Source: Laetmonice hystrix | Lineage: Eukaryota | Assembly (NCBI GenBank): GCA_965235115.1 | Contig: OZ249436.1 | Coordinates: 25,794,001-25,858,000, forward strand | DNA: 64,000 bases | Direction: 5' to 3' | Shown here: positions 26,051-38,927 of the stretch, in pieces | How positions within the stretch are numbered: the first letter of the stretch is position 1 | Layout: each line of letters begins with the position of its first letter | Made by a program: the position numbers and the translations under genes | The notes under the pieces: generated by a model | The model's database searches: none | What the model saw: only the letters and a program-made list of their open reading frames with translations | Told to the model about the DNA's origin: nothing

Positions 26051-29000
26051 TTATCCCATCCCCCATCAAGGGGATGGGATTTTGAAATTGTGTGGTTTCA
26101 TCTTCCGTATTATTCCCGTAGGTGTAGTAGTTAGACTCATTCCCTTATAGCATCATATCTCGCATATTTTTCAAGATATCAATACGAAACTTGGTAGGCA
26201 TATTAAGGACACCAGAGAGAAATGCCAGTTTGAAGCATGACGTCATATAACGTCATGTCATGACGTTATGACGTAGATTTTCTTTTGTACATTGAGGCCC
26301 ATTTTCTCAGCCCATATCGGGAATTTCAAAAATACCTCGTGCCACTATAATCAGGCAAGGGTGTTGCCTAAGTATGACCCTTAATTTGACCTTTGGCCTT
26401 TGACCTTAGGGAGAACTGGGTCAAACGTCACAAATCGGTTAAATCGGAACTCCTTCCCCATTTTGGGGTAAAATTTGATAATATAGGGCAAAAACATTCT
26501 CCAATGAAAGCTTCAAAAAATAGAGCAGCGGATAAGCAATTTGATCTATTTTCACAGAACCACATGACCTTGAAGTTTTGAATGTGGGTCTTTTCGGAGA
26601 ATAATCGCTGTAACGTTTGAAAGACTCCAGACAGAGGCATAATTGTTCATGAACCTGATACACTTTGGTGGCCTCTTTAATTAGGTATCATAATTTTTGT
26701 GTCACGTGACTTCTTACGTCATCTACAACGTCATTTGTGTAATTTGCATTAGCGACGGAATGGTAAGCTCACACCCTTTAATATGTATAGGGTAGGGACT
26801 TTAAAGTGTCTGCTATTTTATATTATAAATTTCAATAAGCAAAATTTATAATTAACAAGACAGCAGTTCAATATATACCAAAATAGTGAGGACAGGCGGC
26901 GAATTTCACGATTAATGGATGACCTACTTAGTGACATGTTCCCTCTCTTATGTGGGTCAGTCCTGCGTGGACACGGTCGCTATGGTAGACTAAAAGTAGG
27001 GCATGTGTATATATCCGACATTATCACATCCTTCGTCATGAAATTTTAGGAGTAGCTTGCTAACATGTTAAGCTTCGGGCCTCTAAAATATAAAGGCAAT
27101 ACTCATTATAGTTTGGGCAGGCGACGGTTGGAAAGAGATGGGGGATGTTGGCAGCAGACACCCTGCAATGAACGCCCGCCCGCCTGCCTGCCTGCCTCCC
27201 CTGCTCACACAAACGAGTATAGAATTCTATACTCCTTGCTCACACTGACCACAATTATGGCCGTATCGCCGTTGCGAGTTTTGTTACCTGGTATCAAACC
27301 TTTTGAGGAGACTTCTAATAATGAAAGGAAGTAGGCCTAATCATTCGTTACATGTAGGGGGTCTAAGTTTTTGAAATGCTTGCACATGTTGTCTGACCGC
27401 ACATGTCTCTCCCAACCCTATTAATAGATGGAGCGCAGACAGGCAGGCAGTGGCGGTCTGCACATAAATTAAGGGATCAGTTAGTGACCTGCAATTATCT
27501 TCTGCAACCCCCACCCTTGTTGCTGTTGGTTAAACCCCCCCCCCCCTCTCTCTCTCTCTAGATCTTTCTCTCTCTCTGAAAGGCACACCACACCAAGCAC
27601 ACATGGACACAGATCTACTTCACATGTCGGGTGGCGCCCCCCCCCCCCCATGTTGACTTAACGATTTATCAGTGCCGATTACAGGGGTAAATATATACTT
27701 GCATGGGGTGACTCTTTCTTGTTTTCAATATTGAATGTATATGGCTAGCCTTGCCACATTTTCTACTTGAAAAAGCTCCCCTGTTTTCACCACATCTTCA
27801 TCAGTAATGCTTAGGTCCCACTGGGGAAAAATCATCGGCGATGTAGAAATACACAAATCGGCTCCCGATGGCTCCCGATGCTCCCGAAGTTTTTGGCCCA
27901 AACAACGGAGCAGTCCCATTACAGATGGCACGCATTAGGCATCGGGAATGGTCCAGAGAATGTCCCCCGAACAATGGCCATGAATCATCGGGGATGGCTC
28001 CCGATGGCCGGGAAAGCCCCGGGGTACCTTCGGCGATAATCGGCGAAGGTGCCCCGGAGCTACCCCGAATTTAAAACACCATCGGGGAAATATCCCCGTA
28101 GATTAGGGGAAGCATCGGTAAGTACTTACGAACCATCCCCGGTGCCTCCCCAATAACCCTTCCCCGGTGCCTCGGGGAAGCATTGGGGAGGTATGGGAAG
28201 AATGCACTTTCAACCATGACCGACATTTCGGCGAATATTCGGGAATGCAACCCCACATCGGGAATGTATCACCGACAGGTCGCTGATAGGTCGCCGGACA
28301 TGCGGCGGAGATCAAAATATCCCCGGAGGTTCCCTGATCCTTCGCCGAAACAACACACGAGGTTCGGGGGGACGAAGGTTTCGCGGAAGCTTAGGGGAAG
28401 CATCCCCGGGGCTTCCCCGGGGCTCGGGAAAGCTACGGGGTTGCCTCCCCGGCCTTCTTTTACCGACAAAACGTCGGGAACACATCAGGAAAAATTTCAA
28501 TGCAGACATTGAAATTTTGTGCAGTTCTCCCGATGCCTCCCGATGGTTCCACATGGCTCCCGAGGCTCCCGAGGCTTCCCCGGAACACCGGGGAACCTGT
28601 TCCCGACGCCTCCCGAGGCTCTTCAATTTACATCGGGAGAACATCCCCGAGGCCAAAAATGCCCAGTGGGACTGAGCCATAAGACATTAAATAAGACCCA
28701 CATTATTAAGACCACATTATTTGGAGAAGTACCAGAGTAGGCCTAATTAGTGCTTGGGTACATGGGGGTTAGGGTGACTGAGATATCAGTAACACATTGA
28801 ATAAGACCCACATTATTATGGCCACATTATTTGGAACAGCAGTTAGTTAGTACTTGGTATATGGGGATCGGGGGTGACAGACGCCCTTCTCCTTAATCGG
28901 ACTGAAGTCAGCGGGCTGGGGAGGGGGAACTGGCGGTGGAAGGGACGTCCTGGCGGGAGGGAAGGTCGCCACCGCTACTGCTGCAAACCCTTCATCTAGG

Positions 29001-30318
29001 TATAGGTATGATTCCCTGACCAACATTTCTCAGAACAGACGAACCCGATTTTGGCCCAAAACCCACAAGATTTACTTTCTACTCACATACACACACCTGG
29101 ACACTGCCCACTGCACTGCGTTCTGTTTCATTAAATATCCCCATAAAAGACTGGCGGATGATCCAGGATTTTGCGTTGGGATGGGGGGGGGGCGGGGGTG
29201 GTGGTGGTGAAGGTAATTATAGCGACATGAAAACTGTGGTATATTCTTTCTTTCATACCGCATGTTAAGTAGGGTTGTATAAATAAAGGATAAACACCGT
29301 TCAAAAGCACGGTTCCCTGGTTTATCGTAGATTTAACCATTTGGCCACCATATTCCTGCTACTGGCAAAGAGGCGCCTTCGAAAACTATATTTAAAAGCA
29401 TCATTCTGCAGAAGTTCATGGCGCTGCTCGGCAGGCGAAGAGCTGAGGACACGTGTTCCCACGCTTACCTGCCGCCCCCTGGTGGCCGCATATGCTACTT
29501 TGTGAACATGGGTGCCGAAAAAGTGGTGTTTATTTTTCAAACTTTCAGCCTATATGAACTGTTGTACATTCTGTAAATAGCTGACTACACCATCTGAAAG
29601 GAAATTCTCTTTAGGGCCTATCTTGAAAATCATCCCGTTTTACATGCAATTTAATACCTTTCTTTTGCTCCAAAATGGGCCAAAGCATTCAAATCTCAAT
29701 ATTTGCTGAGGCATGTCCTATCCCTTAGCGCTCGCCCATTGGTTCTACAAGGCCGGGATCGCAGCACCTACAGATGGAGCCACCAAATTGCAGACTGTAT
29801 AAAGCACTGCTCTGTTTGGCTCAGAGCCTAATCACAAAAATAAAAGAGAAAATGCATAATACTCGCATAGTAACGTAAAATCACCTTATAAAAGTATAAG
29901 TATGTTCATATTTTAGTATAATCCTGCTGTGTCGCTTAATGATTTACTTTGTCCTGTAAGTGTAACTGCTAAACGGTGCCAGAAAGGCCCATAGTCACTC
30001 TTAAACACGATGGAAAGATATGCTCTTTTAATATTTATTATATAGCATATCGTATGACGTCATATTGACGTCATTGACATATTCTCAAAATTTCCACAGG
30101 CCTGCACATGCTAAACGGTGCTGAACCCTGTATCTTTCCCCCCCCCCCCTGGAAAATTATCTTCCGATGCCTATGATAATGATGGCATTGGAATTTCTTG
30201 TGAAAGGTACAAGATGGAGCAATGTTTCATGTTGAAAACGAATAGAATACAATGGGTCGGACGGGAACGCCCCAAGGGGATGGGATTCATAATGTGGCTA
30301 TCGCCACATCCTATCTAG
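26051..30318 (+). mobile_element. Full-length HINE unit D3
   Basis: D-type head at 26051; D-type hairpin and CTAG at 30315-30318. Confidence 0.88.
27808..28679. mobile_element. GC-rich PIF/Harbinger-like MITE, copy 2
   Basis: Same TIRs as copy 1; TAA TSD at 27805-27807 and 28680-28682; empty site ATCAGTAAGACATTAAAT in D2 at ~20823. Confidence 0.88.
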
Positions 30319-31826
30319 TTATTTGTGCAGTAGTAGTAGTAGACAATGACACTGATCTTGTAATATCTTGGTCATTTTTCAACATATCTCAACCAAACTT
30401 GGCAGGCATGTAGACAATTACAAAATGTCATCTTACCAATGTCAGTGACATGACGTGACGCCATGTCATGACGTTATCACGTCATTAGTATGGTGACCTT
30501 TTACCTACTTTCCCCCAGACACATTAGGAAATTTACAATTTTTTTTCTTACAGTAGACATTACTCAAACTCCTCTTTCATTTTGACCCTTTATTTGACAT
30601 TTGACCTTTGACCCTAGTGGGATATAGGTCAAAGATAAGAAATCAGTTAAATCGCTACTTTTCCTTCATTTTTGGTTAAATTTTGACCAATTTGGGCAGA
30701 GACATCCTCGGTGAAGAGCTTCACAAAATGTAGCTTTTTAAAAGCGATATGACCTAATTCCGCCGAACCACGTGACTTTGAAATTTGTCAGTTTTGACTT
30801 TTTTTTACTAAAACTGCTTCAGTCATATGGAATCGTGTATTTGGTCGCTAGATATATGCTGCTATTGACGATTGATCACTTTGCATATTTCTTTTCATAA
30901 ATTTACCAATATTTTTCTTTATTAATGATGAAATAATGTAATCTGACTTTGACAGGCTCTACCTTGAAAAGTGTTTAAGATAGCCACATATAAACACAGC
31001 AATTACAAAGTGTATAGATTCAGGTATACCGCTGATTGTTTAGTTCTTTTTTGGAAAGGTAATATGGCCAGAATTGTAAGTTTTAATGGGTATAGTCTTC
31101 ACAATAAGTTACGTAAGTGCTGGTGATAAGGGCCGGCCGGCCGGCCGGTCTTTCGGGTTGTGACTACTCCCCCACTACCTCCCAGTCAGTGTGTGGATGG
31201 AGGTCAGAACTGACATAACTGAATTAGGTGTGCCTTTGAACTGTAGGTGTAACTGGCTAATACAAATGATTTTAGACTGGGACGTGAAAAACGTGAACAA
31301 AGGGATATATTGGAGCACCAAGAGAGACACTATAGAGGAGAAGGGGAAGGGAAAGGACAGAGATATAGATTGGTGTGGATCACATTCGCACCTATTGGTA
31401 AAGATTCATGATGTATGACTACGTTTTGGCTAAATGGCAAGAGATAGAAGTGAGGGAACGGTGTGCTCAGTGCAGCCAGCGCCCAGCAGACAGGTAGCCA
31501 TGCAGTCGTCCTGGTGAGTCCTGGAGATGCAGTCATTACTTGAGCGGGTCTGCGGAAGGGAGAAGGGGAACGCTCTGTGAGAAATACTTAAGGAGTCTTT
31601 ATAGAAGAGGTACCTTCTCAGTCATATAACACGCCATCCATCGGGCGGCAGCTGTCAATCAAATGAGCCGGTCAGGGGGCGGTCTTGACCAATGACCAGC
31701 GGCCATCCTTTAGACTGGGACTGGAGAAAAACGTGAACGAGGGGATATATAGCACCACGAGAGAGAGACTAGGGGAGAAGGAGGAGAAAAAGGACAGAGA
31801 TATAGATTTTACTATGAGGAACATAT

Positions 31827-32423
31827 TGTTACGGATAGATCCTCACATAATTGTATTTCATATCTACAGGATGTATGTTCATGTCTCTGATAAGTCATGT
31901 GTTTTCTTATTGTATGTTCTGTCATCTTGTGTTTGTTAACGAGCCCATATGGACGGATTAGTGTTTGTGATAAAGCCGCCAACCCCTGGCCACGTCTGGC
32001 CAGGCTGACACCTTTGAAGTGTCAAGGGTGTGAATGCCTTCTGGCTCCACCCATACTTGTTATGATGACAGTCAGCTTTCTATGTTTAACTTTAATCCGT
32101 ATTGTAGTATTCTTTATTGTTAGGACTGTCTCTCTATGTAATGTTCTGGACTATATAAGAGTCAAGTTAAGTTTGAGTTGGCAATCAATTGGAGAACCAC
32201 TACAAGCGAGAATCAGTTGGAGAACTACTGCAAGCAAGCAATCAGTTGGACAACCAGTGTCAGTCAGCAAGCAACTTGGAATAGAGTCCGTTGGAATCCC
32301 ACTTGCTCTACCATTTGCCATATTGTACCTGAACCGAAGAAGAATAGTAAGCCATCGTCAACACAGCAACCAACTAGTTATCGTTACGAACGTTTTGGAA
32401 GACCAACAATCTTAACGGTGACA
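31827..32423 (+). mobile_element. Solo LTR (4-bp TSD, Gypsy-like)
   Basis: TGTTAC...GTGACA termini; ATAT duplicated at 31823-31826 and 32424-32427; empty site GAACATATAGACA at ~396-408; TATATAA at ~32152. Strand inferred only from the TATA-like box. Confidence 0.75.
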
Positions 32424-33124
32424 ATATAGACACCGACTGCCTACTGACATATTGGTCGAAGCGGGACAACAGTGTGCCTCAGGAATTAAAACTTCAAAAC
32501 TCAAGCGACGACTTTACTGAGTTATTCTCCCAACTACCAAAAAGAAATATTAACAAGGGTGAATACATCTGTTATAAAATATTTCCCCGGGATGAAAAAG
32601 AGAAAATTAACACTGTACTTAGACACATTGAACTGTTAAGTTGTATGTCTGATGCTGTCATTTATGTATCATACTGGTAGCCTGAAAAAAGGGCACCGGA
32701 AAAAAAGGCACAGGAAAAAATGGCACCGGATAAAATGGCACCTGGAAAAATTGGCACAGGAAAAAAGGGCACAAAGTGCAGACTAGGAAAAAAGGGCACA
32801 TATAAATCAAAATAAACTATATTTCAAATAAAATCTCTAAATCTGTCGGCATAATTTATAAAGTTCGAAAGGTACTTAATAAAAAGCTCTTCTTGGATTA
32901 TATTATTCATTTGTTTATCCCTATCTTATGTCTTGTAATATAGTATGTCTTGCTGGTCTGCCCTTCCACACAGTGTGAATACCACACCAGCAAGACATTT
33001 TGACTTTGTATTTGTATTCTATTTGTATTGTCGTTGTATTGTAGTAGTTTTGCTCTGGTGTGGAACCACCAGTAGTCTATTGTAATATAGGTCTAACTGT
33101 TAACTTGGGCTGCAGGGGTGGGTG

Positions 33125-33323
33125 ATCACACTCTCTGATGGAAGTCCCATCACAGCCATGGCCAGCCATATTCTTGAGGGCAAGAAGGACATCACACTCT
33201 CTGATGGAAGTCCCATCACAGCCATGGCCAGCCATATTCTTGAGGGCAAGAAGGACATCACACTCTCTGATGGAAGTCCTATCACAGCCATGGCCAGCTG
33301 GTTTCATTCTGGGCAAGAAGGAC
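33125..33323 (+). repeat. 66-bp tandem repeat x3 upstream of the transposase
   Basis: ATCACACTCTCTGATGGAAGTCC at 33125, 33191 and 33257. Confidence 0.92.
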
Positions 33324-33398
33324 TTTACTCTCGGGTATATATACACGAGAACACTTTCTACTAGTCAGTACCTGCTATTGCTCTCTCGTGTTCCCAGC

Positions 33399-34931
33399 AT
33401 GGAGATAATCACTAGCAATAAAGGTGGACAAAAGTTATGTTTTGATGGCTACATGTATACAAAACAGTGGCAGAGGCGTAACATCCGCTGGCGATGTGCA
33501 CAGCGTACCAAGTTCGGCTGCAAAGGTGCTTTTGGGACAACGCTCAACCTGGAAAACCCCCATGTCCTCCATGACCACAACCATAATCCTGACCCCCACA
33601 GCATTGCCGCTGCCAAGTGCCATGTCAAGATGGTTGAAAACGCAAAAACCTGCATGGATAAACCTGCCCAAATCTACGCCCGTTGTTCAACCACCATACC
33701 CACTGAAGCCCACTCCAGACTGACCAGCCAGGACCACTGCAAACGACTGATTCGTCACCATCAGTCCGCCAGCCTACCACGTGATCCAGCATCCCTCGAC
33801 GACCTTACAATAGAGGGCCAGTGGGCTACCACTACTGGGCCTGAACCCGAACAGTTCCTCCAGTACGACAACGGCCCAGGCAGTGATGGGCGTGTAATTG
33901 TGTTTGCTACGCAGCAAGGTCTCAGACTCCTTGCCAACAGCGATACCTGGCTAATGGATGGCAATTTTGCAATGTCCCCAACTCAGTTCAAACAACTGTA
34001 CATCATCAGGGTTCCACTCGGCGACACTGCTGTCACTGTGTTGTATGCCTTCCTCCAGACCAAAACTCAAAATATCTATGAGGAACTGTTTCAGGCCATC
34101 GTTGATAAGTGCTCTGAGTACATGTTGTATCCCGATCCGCTCACCGTTCTTGTGGACTTTGAGCTGTCTGTAATGAATGCTGTACGGTCAGTGTTAGGCC
34201 CTCATGTCAAGATCCAAGGCTGTTTTTATCATCTCACCCAGTCCACCTGGCGCCATATCCAACACCTTGGCCTCGTCAACTTGTACAAAACCAGTGAAGC
34301 CGCCAGACTTTTCTGTGCTAAACTTGATGCTCTGGCCTTTCTCCCCCCTGCTGACGTCTCTGAGGGTATGACCCATCTACATGACAACATTCCTGATGTC
34401 CAGCTTGAGCCTTTAGTACAGTACTTCGACAAGACCTACGTCACAGGGAGCCATCGCCCCGTCCAGCGCCGCACAAACCATCCAGGAGGCCAAGTCCCAC
34501 CGCTGCTGCTGCGCCACATCCCACCTACGTTCCCAGCTGAAATATGGAATGTCCATGAGGCCACCCTGACTGATGGCCCCAGGACAAACAACCTATGTGA
34601 GGCCTGGAATAATCGCTTCCTGAGTGTAGTTGGCCACAAGCACCCGACCATCTGGAGAGCCGTTACGTCATTCCAGCAGGAACAGGCAGCTGTGGCCACC
34701 CTGATCCTCCAGGACTCCCGTGGACAGCCGCCAACGAAGCGAGTGAAACGGGCCTACCGCACCCTGCAGCAGCGACTGAAGACCCTATGCCAGGACTACA
34801 GCAGAGGATCGAAACCCCTTCCCGAGTTCCTGAACGGAATAGCCCACAACATCCACTTCAATCTGCACTTCACCCCCAGGGAACAGGAACCACAAGAGCC
34901 TCAGCCGGATGTAGAGCGTGATCAGGAGTGA
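33399..34931 (+). CDS. FLYWCH zinc finger + MULE DDE transposase (510 aa from the likely start; ORF open from 33138)
   Basis: N-terminal SNKGG..GYMY..WRC..C..H.H (FLYWCH); WLMDGNF (D1), VDFE (D2), GCFYH (CxxH), RTNNLCEAWN (E); no stops or frameshifts; ATG at 33399 follows a pyrimidine tract and CAG. Confidence 0.92.
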   Translation: MEIITSNKGGQKLCFDGYMYTKQWQRRNIRWRCAQRTKFGCKGAFGTTLNLENPHVLHDHNHNPDPHSIAAAKCHVKMVENAKTCMDKPAQIYARCSTTIPTEAHSRLTSQDHCKRLIRHHQSASLPRDPASLDDLTIEGQWATTTGPEPEQFLQYDNGPGSDGRVIVFATQQGLRLLANSDTWLMDGNFAMSPTQFKQLYIIRVPLGDTAVTVLYAFLQTKTQNIYEELFQAIVDKCSEYMLYPDPLTVLVDFELSVMNAVRSVLGPHVKIQGCFYHLTQSTWRHIQHLGLVNLYKTSEAARLFCAKLDALAFLPPADVSEGMTHLHDNIPDVQLEPLVQYFDKTYVTGSHRPVQRRTNHPGGQVPPLLLRHIPPTFPAEIWNVHEATLTDGPRTNNLCEAWNNRFLSVVGHKHPTIWRAVTSFQQEQAAVATLILQDSRGQPPTKRVKRAYRTLQQRLKTLCQDYSRGSKPLPEFLNGIAHNIHFNLHFTPREQEPQEPQPDVERDQE

Positions 34932-37900
34932 AATGATAACTTCTAAGATAAAACTAGTGATCCCTACAGTGCAAGTGTGTTTATAACTTGAGGTGGAGTG
35001 TAGTGCTGTTGACACCTTTATTTATTTCTGCTTTCATCAGATTAAAACCGTGTGTACCTATATGAACATTGACTTTTCTTATTGATCTAGGGTTATACAA
35101 CGGGTCTCCCCACTCCCACCATTTAGTAAACGTCATTACTAAGGTATACAAAGTCATGTGCGATTTACCATGGCAATTATTGTACCCAACTCAAACCCAA
35201 AATGGCTGTGCAAAACCCTGCATGCCCCCCTCACCCCAGATTGGCGTTGAAGGAACTCAAATGAACTGCATCTTCCTAAGACCTCCGACACCAAAGTTAT
35301 CAAAGTAACATGGACATGTATACCTTTATAAAAAACAAACGAATGTTCTTTCTATTAAGATACAAAATATTGATACCTGGCGCTACCTTAAATTTAACTT
35401 GTGCCATTTTTTCCTATCATGTACTTTGTGCCTTTTTTTGCGGTGCCATTTTTTCCTTGTGCCGTTTTATCCAGTGCCATTTTTTCCTGTGCCTTTTTTT
35501 CCGGTGCCTTTTTTTCCTACACCCATAATACTAAATTATATAAAAAAAAAGCCCTTGTCAGTGCCAACTTGCCAGGGGCAGATGTGCCCAGAGAAAGTTG
35601 AGTGTCGGGCGGTAGTTTTGCGCTAGCAGTGAAGGCGCAAGGTTTTCAGTTGGCAAGGGGTGCAGGAGAAGTAAAAGGACAGAGATGTAGATAGGTGTGG
35701 ATGACATTCGCACTTATTTGCAAAGATTCAATAGGTGCGAATGTCACTGGGCAGCCTGGCGCCGCCCAACGCCTCCCTGCGCCGCCCCACTCTTTCTTTT
35801 TGAAGAATTGAAAAAGAATTATTGTTAGGCTAGCCACGGGTCCAGGATTTTCAGCAGCGGGGTCTCGGGAATTCTCTTAAAATTAGAAGCTCTTAGAAGC
35901 GATTTCCCGCCTTTTATGGGCCATTTTAGGGCATTATATTTTGTGGACTCAACACCTGTTCCTTTGGTGTTGTTCCGTTGAATCTAAGGGGAAAATAATC
36001 TATGCTGATGCTTTGGCGGAGCAGGGGGGTCTGCCCCCCTGAACCCCTGCCGACACGCACCTGAAATAATTTAAGAAACTTCAAATCTATCTCCAGAAAT
36101 AGCGTTTTTTGACCTTCTAAATTCAAGTCCCCCCCCCCCATGTTAGCCTCGCACCTTTGGTGCCCCTCCTTTTGTGCATTGCTGGATCTTTGCATGCCTG
36201 CATGAAAGGAGCAGCATGATGTTATCATCATTTTCTTCAGCCTATAACTTGTAAACGGTGCAAGATGGAGCCATGGTTACTATTGAACAGGGATAGGAAG
36301 TCATATACATTGTATGCTGTTTCAATTGACACCAAGATTTATAATGTAGCATATCATATGATGTCATGATGATGTCATTGACATCTTTGAAAGTTTCTTA
36401 ATCCTAAACCATTCAAGATAGAGCAATGGTTACCACTTAACACTAATAGGATGCTCTTTCCTTCGACACCATTTTTTTTAGGTGACGACGTGACCTATGA
36501 CGTCAGATGGAAGTCAATATTTTAGTATGGCTTAAGACAATGACACTGATCATGCAATATCTTGTCATTTTTCAACATATCTCAACCAAATTTGGCAGGC
36601 ATGTAGACAATTACAAAATGTCACCTTACTAATGTCAGTACCATGAGACATGGTTATGATTGAACACGAATAGGAAATCATGCATGCTGTTTACATTGAC
36701 ACCAATATTTATGATATAGCCTGATGTATGACGTCACCAAGATTTATGACGTAACGTGACGTATGATGTAATGATGATGTCTAGGACAGGTTATGCATTA
36801 GCCTTAGCCTGGCCTAGTAGAAACCTGATTGACCATTATGCATTAATGCTATATCAATATCACCACACCACGGTCAAATCTCCTTCATTTTCATGATTTA
36901 TCATCACATGTCACATGACATCTGACATGTAACACCAAGGGATGGGCTCCATCGTTGTCAAAACAACGACAGGTCTAGTTTTTGGCGTCGTAGTTGTAGC
37001 AGTAGTAGTAGTAGTAGTAGTAAACTTGTATGTCTATCTCCGTCAATTTTCAGTCAAATTTCAGTCTTGACAATGACAAAGTATGGTCAGGCATCGAATC
37101 ATAACGTCATGTGACGTCACGGCATGACGTGATGACGTCAAACGTATTATGAAAATTGAAGCCATTTTTAAGCTCATATTGGGATTCTTTTTTAAAACCC
37201 GTCGTGGCTTCATAATCGGCCAAGGGTGCTGCCTCAATTTGAGCCTTGATTTGACCTTTGACCTTAGGGTGAACTGGGTCATTGGTCACAAATCGGTTAA
37301 ACTGCTTCTCCTTCTCTATTTTTTGGTAAAATTCGACAATATTCGGCAGAAACACTCTCTAAAGAAAGGTTCACAAGATGATTGCAGGGATTAGCGATTT
37401 GACCTATTTTCGCTGAACTTTGAAGTTTGTCACTTTTGACATTTTTTTCTAAAACTGCTTTAGTCATATAGGAATCGTGTATTTGGTCACTAGATATGTG
37501 CTGCTATTCACGATTGGTCTCTTTGCATATTTCTTTTCATAAATTTACCAATTTCTTTTTATTTATAATGAAATAATGTAATCTGACGTTCACAGGCTCT
37601 ACTTTGAAACGTGTTTAAGAAAGCCATATATAAATACAACAATTACAAAGTGTATAGATTCAGGTATACCACTGACTGTTTAGTTCTTGTTTGGGAAAGG
37701 TAATATGGCCAGAATTGTAAGTTTTGATGGGTATAGTCTTCACAATAATATTTTTGCCGTCTGACAGTTGGCATCTCTGAATACACAGATCTCCCACTGT
37801 GATGCGGCCGCCGGTCCCTGGCCAGGCCGGGAGAGAGTTACGTAAGTGCTGGTGATAAGGGCCGGGCGGGCGGTTGTGACTACTCACCCCCTCCCTTCCT

Positions 37901-38927
37901 CCCAGTCAAGGTGGATTGGAAGAATATGTGTATTCAGAACAGACCTAACTGAATTAGCTCTATCTTTGAACTGTAGGTGTGACTGTCTAATACATGTACA
38001 TGTTTTGGGGTCTCACATAGGGGAAGAGCTGAATAAAAGGATTGTTGGCAGTGGAGTTCAAGTGATACAACAAACTTTTGGTCAGCTGCACTTGGTTTCA
38101 GCCTGAGCCAACAGTCTGGTGTGGATGACATTCGCACCCATTTCTCTTGCGTGAAACTGCCCTGACATGGTGCTTTATGATATCTGTGATATTTTTCATG
38201 ATGCCCGTAACAGGAATCTATCTAATCCATAAGGACTATAATATTTCATAATGTCAAAGGGATACTTGGTAACTTCCATGTGGATGAAAATGACACTATT
38301 GTTAGGACAATAATTAAATGAGAGAAAAATATTGGTAATGATCGAAAACCATTGGGGAAATGGGACCTACCTGTATTGCTTGGCAATAAGAATTTCTGGA
38401 TTTAATTAGTATTTACGATTATAACGTTGCCTTCCACAATGATTAATATCAAAATAGGTAGGTATACCGTGCAGTAGACCTCTATGATCCCTTTCGACAT
38501 GTCAGGGGCGGATCCCCACTCTTTCTTTTTGAAGAATTGACACAAATTAGTGTTAGGCTAGGTCTATATAGAGCCGCGTGTCTAGGATTTTTAGCAGGGC
38601 GGTCTCGGGAATTTTTTTTTTTAATTAGAAGCTCTTAGATGCGATTTTTCCTCCTTTTGTGGACCCTTTTAGTGCATTATACCTTGTGGATTCATCACTC
38701 AACCAGTTTAAAATAGGCAGAATGCATTGCACCTGTTCGTTAGATGTTGTTCCGTTGAATCTAAGGGGAAAAGAATCCATGCTCTGGGGGAGCATGGGGG
38801 GGGGAGGGGGGTCCGGACCCCGGACCCCTGCTGACATGCGCCTGAAATACTTTGAGAAACTTCACATCTAGCTCCAGAAATAACGTTCTTGACCATCTAA
38901 ATTTAAGTCGCCCCCCCCCCCCACCAT

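Larger units (their letters stand above)
32676..35524 (+). mobile_element. Mutator (MULE) DNA transposon, putatively autonomous
   Basis: ~125-bp TIRs (32676-32800, 35400-35524) built of ~15-bp GAAAAAANGGCACNG repeats; imperfect TSD ATCATACT (32668-32675) / ATAATACT (35525-35532); intact transposase ORF inside. Confidence 0.88.
30319..36978 (+). mobile_element. HINE unit F (headless; hosts solo LTR and MULE)
   Basis: Starts TTATTTGTGCAG(TAG)n after CTAG; ends GGGATGGGCT-CCA-TCGTTGTCAAAACAACGA-CAGGTCTAG at 36978. Confidence 0.78.

Noticed and set aside
31897..32415. 172-aa ORF in the LTR
   Set aside because: No gag/pol motifs; lies within a non-coding solo LTR.
32454..32471. TGGTCGAAGCGGGAC as a primer-binding site after the LTR
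   Set aside because: It is ~30 bp from the LTR end, beyond the TSD, and similar sequence exists in the LTR-free paralogue near 437.
33138..33398. 87-aa N-terminal extension of the transposase ORF
   Set aside because: Derives from 66-bp tandem repeats that are open by virtue of their length; the FLYWCH domain starts at Met 33399.
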